64,000 bases of DNA from a virus, in the IMG/VR virus record IMGVR_UViG_3300027509_000012, one strand, 5' to 3'. The notes under the pieces are model-generated. The model ran no database searches and was not told the origin of the DNA. It was given only the letters and a program-made list of their open reading frames with translations. Shown here in pieces: positions 38,488-47,649 of the stretch. The position numbers and the translations under genes were made by a program. The first letter of the stretch is position 1, and each line of letters begins with the position of its first letter.

Positions 38488-38503
38488 TGTGATATACTTC
38501 ACA
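38488..38503. promoter_or_regulatory. CRP-type box in the divergent nrdJ promoter region
   Basis: TGTGA-TATACT-TCACA. Confidence 0.6.
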
Positions 38504-38558
38504 TTAATATTTTGTGACAATTTTAACTAAATACATAATATATGTCGAGATAATAATA

Positions 38559-38747
38559 ATGAATAAAAAAGATGTAGCTCTTATGAATTACCTAGAATTC
38601 AATTTGATTGGACTTATCGAAGAAATACGTCCACATATTAAAGATGATACTAACATTGAAGATATTTATCGTCTAGCATATAATATGCATGATGATATAA
38701 AAAAGACTGTCGCTGAACCATCCGGATTAATGTCAGAAAGAAATTAA
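38559..38747 (+). CDS. Hypothetical protein
   Basis: Likely start MNKKDV within ORF 38514. Confidence 0.55.
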   Translation: MNKKDVALMNYLEFNLIGLIEEIRPHIKDDTNIEDIYRLAYNMHDDIKKTVAEPSGLMSERN

Positions 38748-38782
38748 TTTAACATACTCAAAATACCTGTATATATACATAT

Positions 38783-39337
38783 ATGAAGTTATACAACTTA
38801 TTAAAAGATGATACTGGTTTATTGAAAGCAGTAAAATTAAATTGTCAAGAATTTATTGAAGTCTCAAATGATCTACCGTTGATAAAATGGTGTTCCTCTC
38901 ATTATGCTGACGTACACAAAGTTAAAGTACGAAAACGAAAAACTGATGATGAATTTACTCAGATGTTTAATTCTGCATTCACTAAAGATTATCCTTCATT
39001 AATTAATCGTTCTATTGTTATCAATCCAGAACAAGAAGCCAATGGCTCAGAACAATTCTATATATTCCCGACTGATGGATTTAAATTTATATACAACACA
39101 GAGATAGTTAATTCTCGACGACAATTAACTGATACATTAGAAGAAATTAATCAGAACATGCCCGATGGTGGTTCAAATATCATCACTGATGTTTTAAGTT
39201 TAACTTACCAAAATACAAATCTGTCAAAAGCAATCATGGACAATGTTGAAATTATCGTTTACAATATCCCTGTTTTTTATGCTGTGCGAACGAACGTAGA
39301 GTATTCAGTCCTTTTGGAGATATTAAAAGATGGTTAA
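38783..39337 (+). CDS. Hypothetical protein
   Basis: ORF track; FYIFPTDGFKF. Confidence 0.75.
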   Translation: MKLYNLLKDDTGLLKAVKLNCQEFIEVSNDLPLIKWCSSHYADVHKVKVRKRKTDDEFTQMFNSAFTKDYPSLINRSIVINPEQEANGSEQFYIFPTDGFKFIYNTEIVNSRRQLTDTLEEINQNMPDGGSNIITDVLSLTYQNTNLSKAIMDNVEIIVYNIPVFYAVRTNVEYSVLLEILKDG

Positions 39338-39626
39338 ACCTATAATGGTAGTTGATGAAGTTGTTGCTCTTAAATTAATTTCGGGTGAAGAAATGGTGGT
39401 CCGTGTGACTGGTATTGGTGAAGGTGTGGTTGCTGTTAAAGATTCAAGAACTTTAATGCCAAGTCAAAATGGTCAAGGCGTTGATATGATTCCAACCTAT
39501 TTTCTTGGTGGTGAGTTGCAAGAAGGTCAAGTATATCTTGATAAAATTATTGCCATAAGTAAATTAAATCTAGAAAATGAAAATAAATATCTCTCTGCTG
39601 TTTCTGGGTTACAATTGCCTAAATAA
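39330..39626 (+). CDS. Sm-fold-like conserved phage protein
   Basis: LKLISGEE motif. Confidence 0.6.
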   Translation: MVKPIMVVDEVVALKLISGEEMVVRVTGIGEGVVAVKDSRTLMPSQNGQGVDMIPTYFLGGELQEGQVYLDKIIAISKLNLENENKYLSAVSGLQLPK

Positions 39627-39629
39627 GAG

Positions 39630-40607
39630 ATGAGAGATATAACCGTATATAAATGTAATGTATGTGATCGCGAAGTTCAGTTAGTACGAAAACCACAGAC
39701 TATTGAGACTGTTGGTAAATGTATAATCACTGAGAATTGTCGCGGTCAATTATACATAGAAAAATTAATTCAAACTTCAGAACCTAGAATTAAACGAACT
39801 CCTGATGAAGTAGGAGTTGATAATTTCTATGCTCGACCAAAACTAAGAAAATTCACTCAGCCATACAATAAAGATAATTGGTACATAAATCATCAACTAG
39901 AAACATTTCCAATCATATCGGTTTACAGTGATGATGACGATCAGACTCCAATATCTGATCTTAATTATGAAATTGAGTTAGTCGATAATAATACTGTTAT
40001 ATTACAATTTAATGCACCAACATCTGGAACAGCGGAGTTATATGTTCGCGAAGTTGCACCAGTAGAATCGGTAGTGGCTGCACAAATCACTGATGAAGTA
40101 TTTTCACCTGTTAGCACAAACCTATTAACTGGAACTATAACGCTAGCATTAACAGAAACGATATTAGATGAACTTGCAGAGGCAGACACTCCAGATGTAG
40201 TTCGAATTAAATTTACTGATGCTAATAAACAAATATTATTTGGTACATTTGATTTAGAATCAACAAATACAAACTCTCCGTGGAATAGTGTTAATAAAGT
40301 AGTTTATAAAAATAAATCTTATTTTCTAAAAACAATTAATATATTTTCTTCTGGATATAATGCTGCATTAATATCAAACGGAACTACAGCCGAAATATTA
40401 AAATCTGATAATTCACAATTTGACTCAAATCAAGTGATTGCACTTTTAGCGCAAGACCCATTTGATCCTGCTGATATTATCACTAATGAAATAGTAGAAA
40501 TTGATAAAATAAATTCTTCTACCAACATTCTTTTCTTTGACAACGATGAATTGTTTTGCAATAATAATGCGAAGACCAGCACATTTCCTAATTTGCTGCT
40601 CTCTTAA
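39630..40607 (+). CDS. Probable virion structural protein
   Basis: YKCNVCDR Zn motif; WYINHQL...P beta-rich domain. Confidence 0.55.
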   Translation: MRDITVYKCNVCDREVQLVRKPQTIETVGKCIITENCRGQLYIEKLIQTSEPRIKRTPDEVGVDNFYARPKLRKFTQPYNKDNWYINHQLETFPIISVYSDDDDQTPISDLNYEIELVDNNTVILQFNAPTSGTAELYVREVAPVESVVAAQITDEVFSPVSTNLLTGTITLALTETILDELAEADTPDVVRIKFTDANKQILFGTFDLESTNTNSPWNSVNKVVYKNKSYFLKTINIFSSGYNAALISNGTTAEILKSDNSQFDSNQVIALLAQDPFDPADIITNEIVEIDKINSSTNILFFDNDELFCNNNAKTSTFPNLLLS

Positions 40608-40621
40608 TTATTTGAGCAAAT

Positions 40622-42046
40622 ATGAAATTTAAAAAACAAAAAGAATTAATCGAAAATTTAGTTTCCTCTCCTGATGCATTTGCATTATGCAATGCGATAA
40701 TAGATTACGAATATTTTGACGTTGAGCTTCAGCCGACGATGAAATTCATTCTAAGCTACTTTGAAAAATATACTGACCTACCATCTATATCTCAAATAGA
40801 AGCTGAGACTGATGTTGTGTTGGAGCTTAAAGAGATTAAAGAACATCATTTACAATATACTGTAGATGAAGTTGAAATGTTTTGTAAAGGCATGGCACTA
40901 CAAGATGCTGTAATGGAATCGGCAAAGATAATCACAGAAGGTAAGGATTCTGAGCTTATAAGAGAGTTAGTTGAAAATGCTTTATTAGTATCAGTCAAAA
41001 AAGATTTAGGAATTGATTATTTTGCTACTGTTGAAGAACGACTTGCGCGTATGCAGGAAGAAGCAGAATTATTACCTACCTGCTGGCCTATATTTAATGA
41101 AATTATATTTGGTGGATTGGCGAGAAAAGAACTTGTGTTGTTTGCTGCAAATTCTGGTGTTGGTAAATCAGTTGCGCTTGCGAATCTAGGGATGCATTAT
41201 GCCGAGGATGGATTAAATGTGTTATGTATAACATTGGAACTTGCTGAAGATCTTATAGGACAACGATTTGATACCTCAATCACTAGAATATCTAGACGCG
41301 ATTGGAGAGATAATATTAGAGAGATAATAGCTGGTGTTGAAGAACATAAAAAAGAATGTCGTGGTAATTTACAAGTTAAATATATGCCCACAGAAACAAA
41401 GGCTGTTGAGATTCGGACTTACTTAGAACAATATAAATTACATTATGGATTTTATCCTGATGTTATATGTCTTGATTATCTTGATAAGATGACACCAAAC
41501 GCAGCAGTTACTGGAAATGCATTTGATGTTGATAAGAAGATAGCAGAACAACTTCGCCAGATAGCAGTAGATTTTAATCTTGTGATGATCACAGCTTCAC
41601 AGTTAAACCGAGATGCTATTGGTAACTCACAACAAAACCATGCACATATAGCTGGCGGTATCTCTAAAATCAATGAATCTGATTTAGTGGTATCTCTATA
41701 CAAACCCGGCTCCGTTGAAAGTGATGGAAAACAATCAAATGCGCTGCCAGATGCCCTTAATGAAGTAACATTTAAATTTCTCAAGACTAGAAATAGTGAT
41801 GGAGTCGATAAAATTATCGATATGAAATTTAATTCCAACAAAATTCAGTTTGAAGAAGACTCTGAACGTAGCAGAGAATTAAAATTAATTGATGATATGG
41901 ATAGACGTGACAAAGATAAAAATGATATAATTAAAAACAGAACAACATTCGATAAAATAGAAAGCGGTCAATTAGGAATTTCAAATGACAATGACAGCAG
42001 CGAATCCGTATCGTCCGACGACTTATCCAACTTCGAGTTCGGATAA
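40622..42046 (+). CDS. Replicative DnaB/gp41-like helicase
   Basis: ANSGVGKS, ITLEL, LDYLD, TASQLNR, KTRNS. Confidence 0.93.
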   Translation: MKFKKQKELIENLVSSPDAFALCNAIIDYEYFDVELQPTMKFILSYFEKYTDLPSISQIEAETDVVLELKEIKEHHLQYTVDEVEMFCKGMALQDAVMESAKIITEGKDSELIRELVENALLVSVKKDLGIDYFATVEERLARMQEEAELLPTCWPIFNEIIFGGLARKELVLFAANSGVGKSVALANLGMHYAEDGLNVLCITLELAEDLIGQRFDTSITRISRRDWRDNIREIIAGVEEHKKECRGNLQVKYMPTETKAVEIRTYLEQYKLHYGFYPDVICLDYLDKMTPNAAVTGNAFDVDKKIAEQLRQIAVDFNLVMITASQLNRDAIGNSQQNHAHIAGGISKINESDLVVSLYKPGSVESDGKQSNALPDALNEVTFKFLKTRNSDGVDKIIDMKFNSNKIQFEEDSERSRELKLIDDMDRRDKDKNDIIKNRTTFDKIESGQLGISNDNDSSESVSSDDLSNFEFG

Positions 42047-42653
42047 CGATTATCATACAATTAATAAAAAGTTAAATGACATATATTTCGACCACGTAAG
42101 CAACTACCACAAATCTCTATTAACTTTTGCAGGCCCATACTGTACTAGTTTGGCTGTGATTGAGAATATGTGTTATCTACTGGCGAAACAAAATCCAGAT
42201 ATTAAAATCGATGTATATGGATTTGGTGGTATGCATATTAAACATACCAGAAAACATTATGATGATTATTCGTTAGAAGCAATGATAACAAAGATTTGGA
42301 AAGATCCACCAGATTTTTTTATTGCTGATTCTCATTCGTCACATGATAAAAGTATACATAATTATTTAATTAGAGCTATTAAAGTTTGTAATGGTATATT
42401 TCTTATATCGCCGAATCGAAATGGTAATTTAACGCAAACAACTATACTAACAAATTCATCGATAGTATTAAAAATTGATGAAGTAATTCAAGATACTGGT
42501 GAAATAAAATTTACTACCTATAAACATATACACTTTGTTCCAAACTCAAATGAATATAATTTAGATTTATATCTTGACAGACAAAGCGACTGTGTATACA
42601 ATTTCGACTATATCAATATGACCGACAACATTAAAGAACTAATTAATTCATAG
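41985..42653 (+). CDS. Hypothetical protein
   Basis: ORF track; ends in TAG. Confidence 0.6.
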   Translation: MTMTAANPYRPTTYPTSSSDNDYHTINKKLNDIYFDHVSNYHKSLLTFAGPYCTSLAVIENMCYLLAKQNPDIKIDVYGFGGMHIKHTRKHYDDYSLEAMITKIWKDPPDFFIADSHSSHDKSIHNYLIRAIKVCNGIFLISPNRNGNLTQTTILTNSSIVLKIDEVIQDTGEIKFTTYKHIHFVPNSNEYNLDLYLDRQSDCVYNFDYINMTDNIKELINS

Positions 42654-42665
42654 GAGAACCTTTAA

Positions 42666-42974
42666 ATGTCTGATGAGAACAACCAAAAAGAACAAACAAT
42701 TACAATCGATGGAGTAGCTTATCCAGTCTCTACGCTTTCAGAAAAAGCACAGAGTTTGGTTATTATGTACAATGATTGGAAGGGCGATTTAATTAAAGCT
42801 GAAAAACGTTTCAACCAATTGCAGGTTGCGGTAGAAGGATTAACAAATCAAACCGTACAACAAGTTAGAGCTGATAACCAAGAAAAGGTTAATGCTGAAG
42901 CTAATAGTAAAAAAGCTGATTCTGGTGGTGATGGTGACGGTGCTAGCACTGGTACACCACAAACTGCTGAGTAA
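42666..42974 (+). CDS. Coiled-coil hypothetical protein
   Basis: TITIDGVAY; AGGAG SD. Confidence 0.8.
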   Translation: MSDENNQKEQTITIDGVAYPVSTLSEKAQSLVIMYNDWKGDLIKAEKRFNQLQVAVEGLTNQTVQQVRADNQEKVNAEANSKKADSGGDGDGASTGTPQTAE

Positions 42975-43104
42975 TATCCCCGTTTTATCAATAGCAATGA
43001 GATGATTAATTGTCTCATTGCTATCTACTTGTTCAAAAATACATTAAAGCAGGCATTTCTGACATAAATATAGTTTATACACTATAGTTGGGAACCTGTG
43101 AAAT

Positions 43105-44238
43105 ATGTCATTACTTAATCAATTAATTAAAGAATCTGCTTCTGCTGGTGCATCTAGTGCTGGAGGAATTGCTAATTCTCGTGACTCTCTGTTTGGTGGT
43201 GGTAGTGGCGATAGCGCAAATACAGGCGTTACTAAGATGATGAAGCGAATGGGCTTTATCGATCTTTCTGAAATACCTTCAAAGAAAAATAAAAAGAAGT
43301 GGATGAAAATGGTGGAATCTACCACCACATATGATTCTGAAATGAAATCATATGACTACAATGATGTAATGTCCAAATTAAATCAAGCAGCAAAAACAGC
43401 CAAGAACGATGGAGATGTTGCTGTGTTTGGTGTTGAAGATGATGAAGGTGCTATTGTAAAAATCTATGTCCCGACTGATCAAGCCGAAGAATTCCAAGTT
43501 GCATTAGCAGAACTTCTTGCTGGTGAAAGCGAAATGTCTCCGACTGGAGAATATGAAGCTGTATCATCTAAAGATATTGCTGAGATAGTTTATGATTTAA
43601 AAACTAAATTTGACATCATCGATGCTGACTGGGGTGAGATTCAAGGCACCGAGGAAGAAGAAGTTGAAGGTGATGTTGTTGCTGGTGATGCTGTAGAAGA
43701 TGATCTTGAAGGTGGTGAGGATCTTGAAGGTGAAGACCTAGAAGGTGGAGATGATCTTGGTGGTGAAGATGAAGCACAGGCCATGACTGCACTACAAGCT
43801 GTTATACAGGCACTTCAGGGTGATGCTGAAGCTAAAAAGGCTGAAGCTGAAGCAAGAAAAATGGAAGCTGAAGCTAAGATTGCACAATACTCTGCTGATG
43901 CTGCAATGGCTAAAGTAAAGCAAGAAGAAGATATCATGGATATGGAACAACATGAAAAGGCTCAAAAGGATGCAAAGAAAGAAGCCGAGACATTAGCAAA
44001 GCTTGCCAAATATAGAAAAGAAACAGATGAAGATGATGTAGATGTTGATTCTAGCGACTTTGTTAGTGATCAAGATGTAGATGATTTTAAATCTCTTGAA
44101 GGTAGTGATCTGGGTGATGATTTGGAAGATGTACCAGAGCCAAGTAAAGAGGAAGAAGAACAATCTGATGATATACCAGAATTAAACAAAGATAAATTAA
44201 TTGAATTGATTTTTAAAAGCTTATCGGCTAACGGATAA
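43105..44238 (+). CDS. Acidic late protein, possible prohead core/scaffold
   Basis: ATAAATA upstream; LIKES start; acidic and coiled-coil segments. Confidence 0.6.
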   Translation: MSLLNQLIKESASAGASSAGGIANSRDSLFGGGSGDSANTGVTKMMKRMGFIDLSEIPSKKNKKKWMKMVESTTTYDSEMKSYDYNDVMSKLNQAAKTAKNDGDVAVFGVEDDEGAIVKIYVPTDQAEEFQVALAELLAGESEMSPTGEYEAVSSKDIAEIVYDLKTKFDIIDADWGEIQGTEEEEVEGDVVAGDAVEDDLEGGEDLEGEDLEGGDDLGGEDEAQAMTALQAVIQALQGDAEAKKAEAEARKMEAEAKIAQYSADAAMAKVKQEEDIMDMEQHEKAQKDAKKEAETLAKLAKYRKETDEDDVDVDSSDFVSDQDVDDFKSLEGSDLGDDLEDVPEPSKEEEEQSDDIPELNKDKLIELIFKSLSANG

Positions 44239-44242
44239 TAAT

Positions 44243-44539
44243 ATGAAACGAGAACGAAAATTTATTAAATTTCTTTCTGAGGCCGGTGAAAAAATGGTCA
44301 CAGTTGATGCATCTGATCGCAGAGCGGCTGCACAAGAAGTAAATCGGGCGGCTAACAAGAATAGTGCGCAGCTTAAAAAAGCAGAAAGAGCAGACGCCGA
44401 TAAAGAAAAGGCTGAAGCTAAAGCTGAAGAAAATCCTCAATTAAGAGCATTAAAACAACGTCGAGCTAATATGCAGGCTCAAATGGCTGGTATTAATGAT
44501 CAAATTTCAAGAATAGAAGGAAATGGTGGCGAACGATGA
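44243..44539 (+). CDS. Hypothetical late protein
   Basis: FIKFLSEA motif. Confidence 0.65.
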   Translation: MKRERKFIKFLSEAGEKMVTVDASDRRAAAQEVNRAANKNSAQLKKAERADADKEKAEAKAEENPQLRALKQRRANMQAQMAGINDQISRIEGNGGER

Positions 44540-44934
44540 AATTAAATGAAATAATCGGTGAAGAAATTTCGCTTGAAGAATGTGAAGTAATATGGTGTGA
44601 CGAAGCTGGAAATGAAATACTAGATGAAAGTGCTATTCGGCAATTCAAACGAGTTGGTGCAAAATTAATTAAGAAATTTCGCTGTACAAGCGGTCCTAAG
44701 ACTGGAAAGATGGTAGCTTCACCACAGGCTTGTGGTATGCGAAAAGATCCCGCTAAGGTACGCAGAGGGCGTAAGGTGATGCGAACTAAAGGCGCTATAA
44801 TTAAACGTAAATCAGCGATTGCAAAGAAGAAGTCTAGTTCTAAAATTGTTGCAAGATTAAATGCTCGAATTCGAGGTGATAAACCAAAAGGATCGAATAT
44901 GGGATCTAGAAAGCCGGTAATGAAAAGACTTTAA
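44536..44934 (+). CDS. Basic prohead-core-like protein
   Basis: MKLNEI start; KFRCTSGPKTGKMVA, Lys/Arg-rich. Confidence 0.6.
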   Translation: MKLNEIIGEEISLEECEVIWCDEAGNEILDESAIRQFKRVGAKLIKKFRCTSGPKTGKMVASPQACGMRKDPAKVRRGRKVMRTKGAIIKRKSAIAKKKSSSKIVARLNARIRGDKPKGSNMGSRKPVMKRL

Positions 44935-44967
44935 ATTAATTCCCTTTAGCAAACACTTGCTAGAAAT

Positions 44968-44997
44968 AAAGGTGGTCTTAGGATCGCCTTTCTTTTT
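44968..44997 (+). terminator. Intrinsic terminator
   Basis: AAAGGTGGTC/GATCGCCTTT followed by T-run. Confidence 0.65.
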
Positions 44998-45053
44998 GTT
45001 GACGATAAAGCAGTTTTGTTTTAAAATAGCTCATCGACAAAGAAAATTAATTA

Positions 45054-45743
45054 ATGTTCATACATAAACCACCCAAAATAAAAATTCCAGAAATATACGA
45101 TACCACCACTGAAGATGGTAGAACATACAAAGTAGATGGTGGGAAGATCTATCCATCAATAACAACAGTATTATCGATTAATGATCAAGAATGGTTAACC
45201 GAATGGCGAAATGCTGTTGGTGAACCAAAGGCTAGAGAGATATCAGACATTGCTACGATTCAAGGCAATGCTGTTCATGATATGGCTGAAAAATATCTGG
45301 ACAATGAAGCAATGAAAGATATTTTGATTAACCGTGAAGAAGAACATAAATTTATGTTCCATCAATTGAGATTAGAACTAAAACATATAAACAACATTGT
45401 TTTGCAGGAAGTAGGTTTATACAGCCACGTATTGAAAACGGCTGGTCGAGTTGATTGTATTGGTGAATATAAAGGGATGCCAGCAATTATTGATTTTAAA
45501 ACATCAAGTAATATCAAGGAAAGAGATAAGATATCGAACTATTTCAAGCAAGGGGCTGCATATTCGTTAATGTGGTATGAGCTAACAGGAATAACTATAG
45601 ATAAGGTAGTTATTTTAATGGCTGTTAAAAACAGTCTGTCGCCATTATGTTTTATTGAGCCAGTAGATAAATGGATTAATCCATTACAGAGTGATATAAA
45701 TCGCTTTTTAAGCTCAGCACACAAATTAGAGGTCATATTATGA
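45054..45743 (+). CDS. PD-(D/E)xK exonuclease
   Basis: YPSITTVL, GNAVH, AGRVDC, IDFKTS, QGAAY. Confidence 0.88.
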   Translation: MFIHKPPKIKIPEIYDTTTEDGRTYKVDGGKIYPSITTVLSINDQEWLTEWRNAVGEPKAREISDIATIQGNAVHDMAEKYLDNEAMKDILINREEEHKFMFHQLRLELKHINNIVLQEVGLYSHVLKTAGRVDCIGEYKGMPAIIDFKTSSNIKERDKISNYFKQGAAYSLMWYELTGITIDKVVILMAVKNSLSPLCFIEPVDKWINPLQSDINRFLSSAHKLEVIL

Positions 45744-46732
45744 TTAAGTATAATAGCTTAAAAGAGTTAAACACAGCATTCACAAGTAAAAGAAGTATTG
45801 TCACAGAAGATAGATTTGAATTAGATGGATCTGTTTATACGTATATGGACTCTACATCCACTCGTCTGCGAGATACATATAAAAAAACACCAAAGCCAAA
45901 TGTCATCGTATATAAAATGACTGAATCTCGTGGTGTTGCTACTAATAGTAATAATGCAATTGTATTTTTATATGAATCATCGATTCAAGGTGCGCGACCT
46001 AAACAAGCAAAATCAATAAGCTTAGATCCTTTTATTAAAAAAATAACTGAAGATGAAGGTAAAGATCCTAATGCAAATAGAATGGTTCTTGGTGATAGTG
46101 TTGAAGTTAGATTCACTAATCTAACAACATCTAATTTCATTAAAGGTAAGGTTGATACTGGTGCGACCATATCATGCTTACATGCTGATGATTACAGTGT
46201 TGATAAATCAACAAATCAAGTAACATTCAAATGCTCTTACTTATCAAATAATTCTCTTACATTATCTTTGGTTGATATGCAATCTGTGCAATCTGCCAAT
46301 GGTACTGAGTTTCGTCCTGTAGTTGAAATGGATATTAAAATTGGCGAAGTTGCATTATCTAAAATGAAATTTAATTTAAATAATCGTGGTGAGATGGATA
46401 CTCCAGTTCTAATAGGACAAAATGTATTGGAAGCAGGTAAGTTTTTAATAGATCCTACTGTTAATGAAAGTTCTGTAATTTCTTGGAGTGATCTTAATGC
46501 TTATATCATAGAAAATATGGAATTCGAATTCTCTCCAACCGCTGGTACTAGCGCTGATGGTCCAAGTAATGATACTATGGCTCCACCAACTGGCTCACCA
46601 GAAGATTTTGAAGCCAGTGAACAAGAGCCTGAACAACACAGTGAAATTGATGATGTATATCAGTTATTGCGTGGTTCTGATATTAAGTTTTCTGATCTAA
46701 TCGAGTACGCTAATACCTATAATGCGGATTAA
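45740..46732 (+). CDS. Protein with retropepsin-like aspartyl protease domain
   Basis: KVDTGATISCLHA...RPVV...LIGQN. Confidence 0.75.
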   Translation: MIKYNSLKELNTAFTSKRSIVTEDRFELDGSVYTYMDSTSTRLRDTYKKTPKPNVIVYKMTESRGVATNSNNAIVFLYESSIQGARPKQAKSISLDPFIKKITEDEGKDPNANRMVLGDSVEVRFTNLTTSNFIKGKVDTGATISCLHADDYSVDKSTNQVTFKCSYLSNNSLTLSLVDMQSVQSANGTEFRPVVEMDIKIGEVALSKMKFNLNNRGEMDTPVLIGQNVLEAGKFLIDPTVNESSVISWSDLNAYIIENMEFEFSPTAGTSADGPSNDTMAPPTGSPEDFEASEQEPEQHSEIDDVYQLLRGSDIKFSDLIEYANTYNAD

Positions 46733-47303
46733 AAGCCCATTTATAATTAATAAAAAAATAGTTCCTTCAAAGTTATGTGAGGAACTAGTGGATAGCGCGT
46801 TTATAAAAGAGAATGATTTTTACAGTGATCCGTTGAGTAATTTAATAGTAGATGCTATTGCGTTTGAAATTAGCAAACAAATAAACAAGCACTACGATAC
46901 TAAGATAAAAAACTTTTCAGTTACTAGTGAAACATACGATGAAGGTGTTGAGGAAATACATCGTGCAGATAATTCTGTTTATAGTAATGGTAACTGGTAT
47001 AGAAATAAAGATATCGATTTCACGACTATAATTTTCCTAAAAGATTTTAATACTAAACCACCACTTGATCCTAACACTGAAATATTCGGTGGTAACTTAG
47101 AATTCCCCACATTTAATTTTACATTTAATCCTGAAGCTGGTACTGCTGTAACGTACCCTGCATATCCTAATTTTTTAAATGTTTTTACCCCTCCAAAAAT
47201 AGGTACGAATCATATATTGCGAATCTCTTACGAGTCTGATACTATGTTTGTATACGATCATTCAAAGTTTCATGGTAAACCGAATGATTGGTTCAACATT
47301 TAA
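46722..47303 (+). CDS. 2OG-Fe(II) oxygenase-like protein
   Basis: HRADN, GGNLEFP, PEAGTAVTYP; the distal His is not evident. Confidence 0.6.
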   Translation: MRIKSPFIINKKIVPSKLCEELVDSAFIKENDFYSDPLSNLIVDAIAFEISKQINKHYDTKIKNFSVTSETYDEGVEEIHRADNSVYSNGNWYRNKDIDFTTIIFLKDFNTKPPLDPNTEIFGGNLEFPTFNFTFNPEAGTAVTYPAYPNFLNVFTPPKIGTNHILRISYESDTMFVYDHSKFHGKPNDWFNI

Positions 47304-47329
47304 ATTAACATATATCAGGAGTTAAATTT

Positions 47330-47647
47330 ATGAGTGATATTATCATTCCATCGAATCCAAAAGATCGTCAAAAATTAAAAGCTGGAATTACTGAAATCGT
47401 TGACGTATTGACAATGATGGATGGACTCAAAGAAAAGAAAAAGGATATTGTCGATACCCTTAAAGAAGAATATGAATTAAAACCTTCGGTCATCAATAAG
47501 ATGGCAACGATAATGCACAAGCGTTCTTATTCACAACTACAACAAGAAAACGAAGACTTTGAAACAATGTATGAGTCTGTAATTGAAGGTGCTTCGTTAC
47601 CAGAAGATGCGGAAGATGCGGAAGAAGTAGAAGAAGAAACTGAATAA
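47330..47647 (+). CDS. T4 DsbA-like dsDNA-binding protein
   Basis: Helical pattern KDIVDTLKEEYEL...KMATIMHK...FETMYE. Confidence 0.65.
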   Translation: MSDIIIPSNPKDRQKLKAGITEIVDVLTMMDGLKEKKKDIVDTLKEEYELKPSVINKMATIMHKRSYSQLQQENEDFETMYESVIEGASLPEDAEDAEEVEEETE

Positions 47648-47649
47648 GT

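Noticed and set aside
45054-45743. Cas4 or CRISPR system
   Set aside because: No Fe-S cysteine cluster, no array and no other cas genes; an ordinary phage exonuclease
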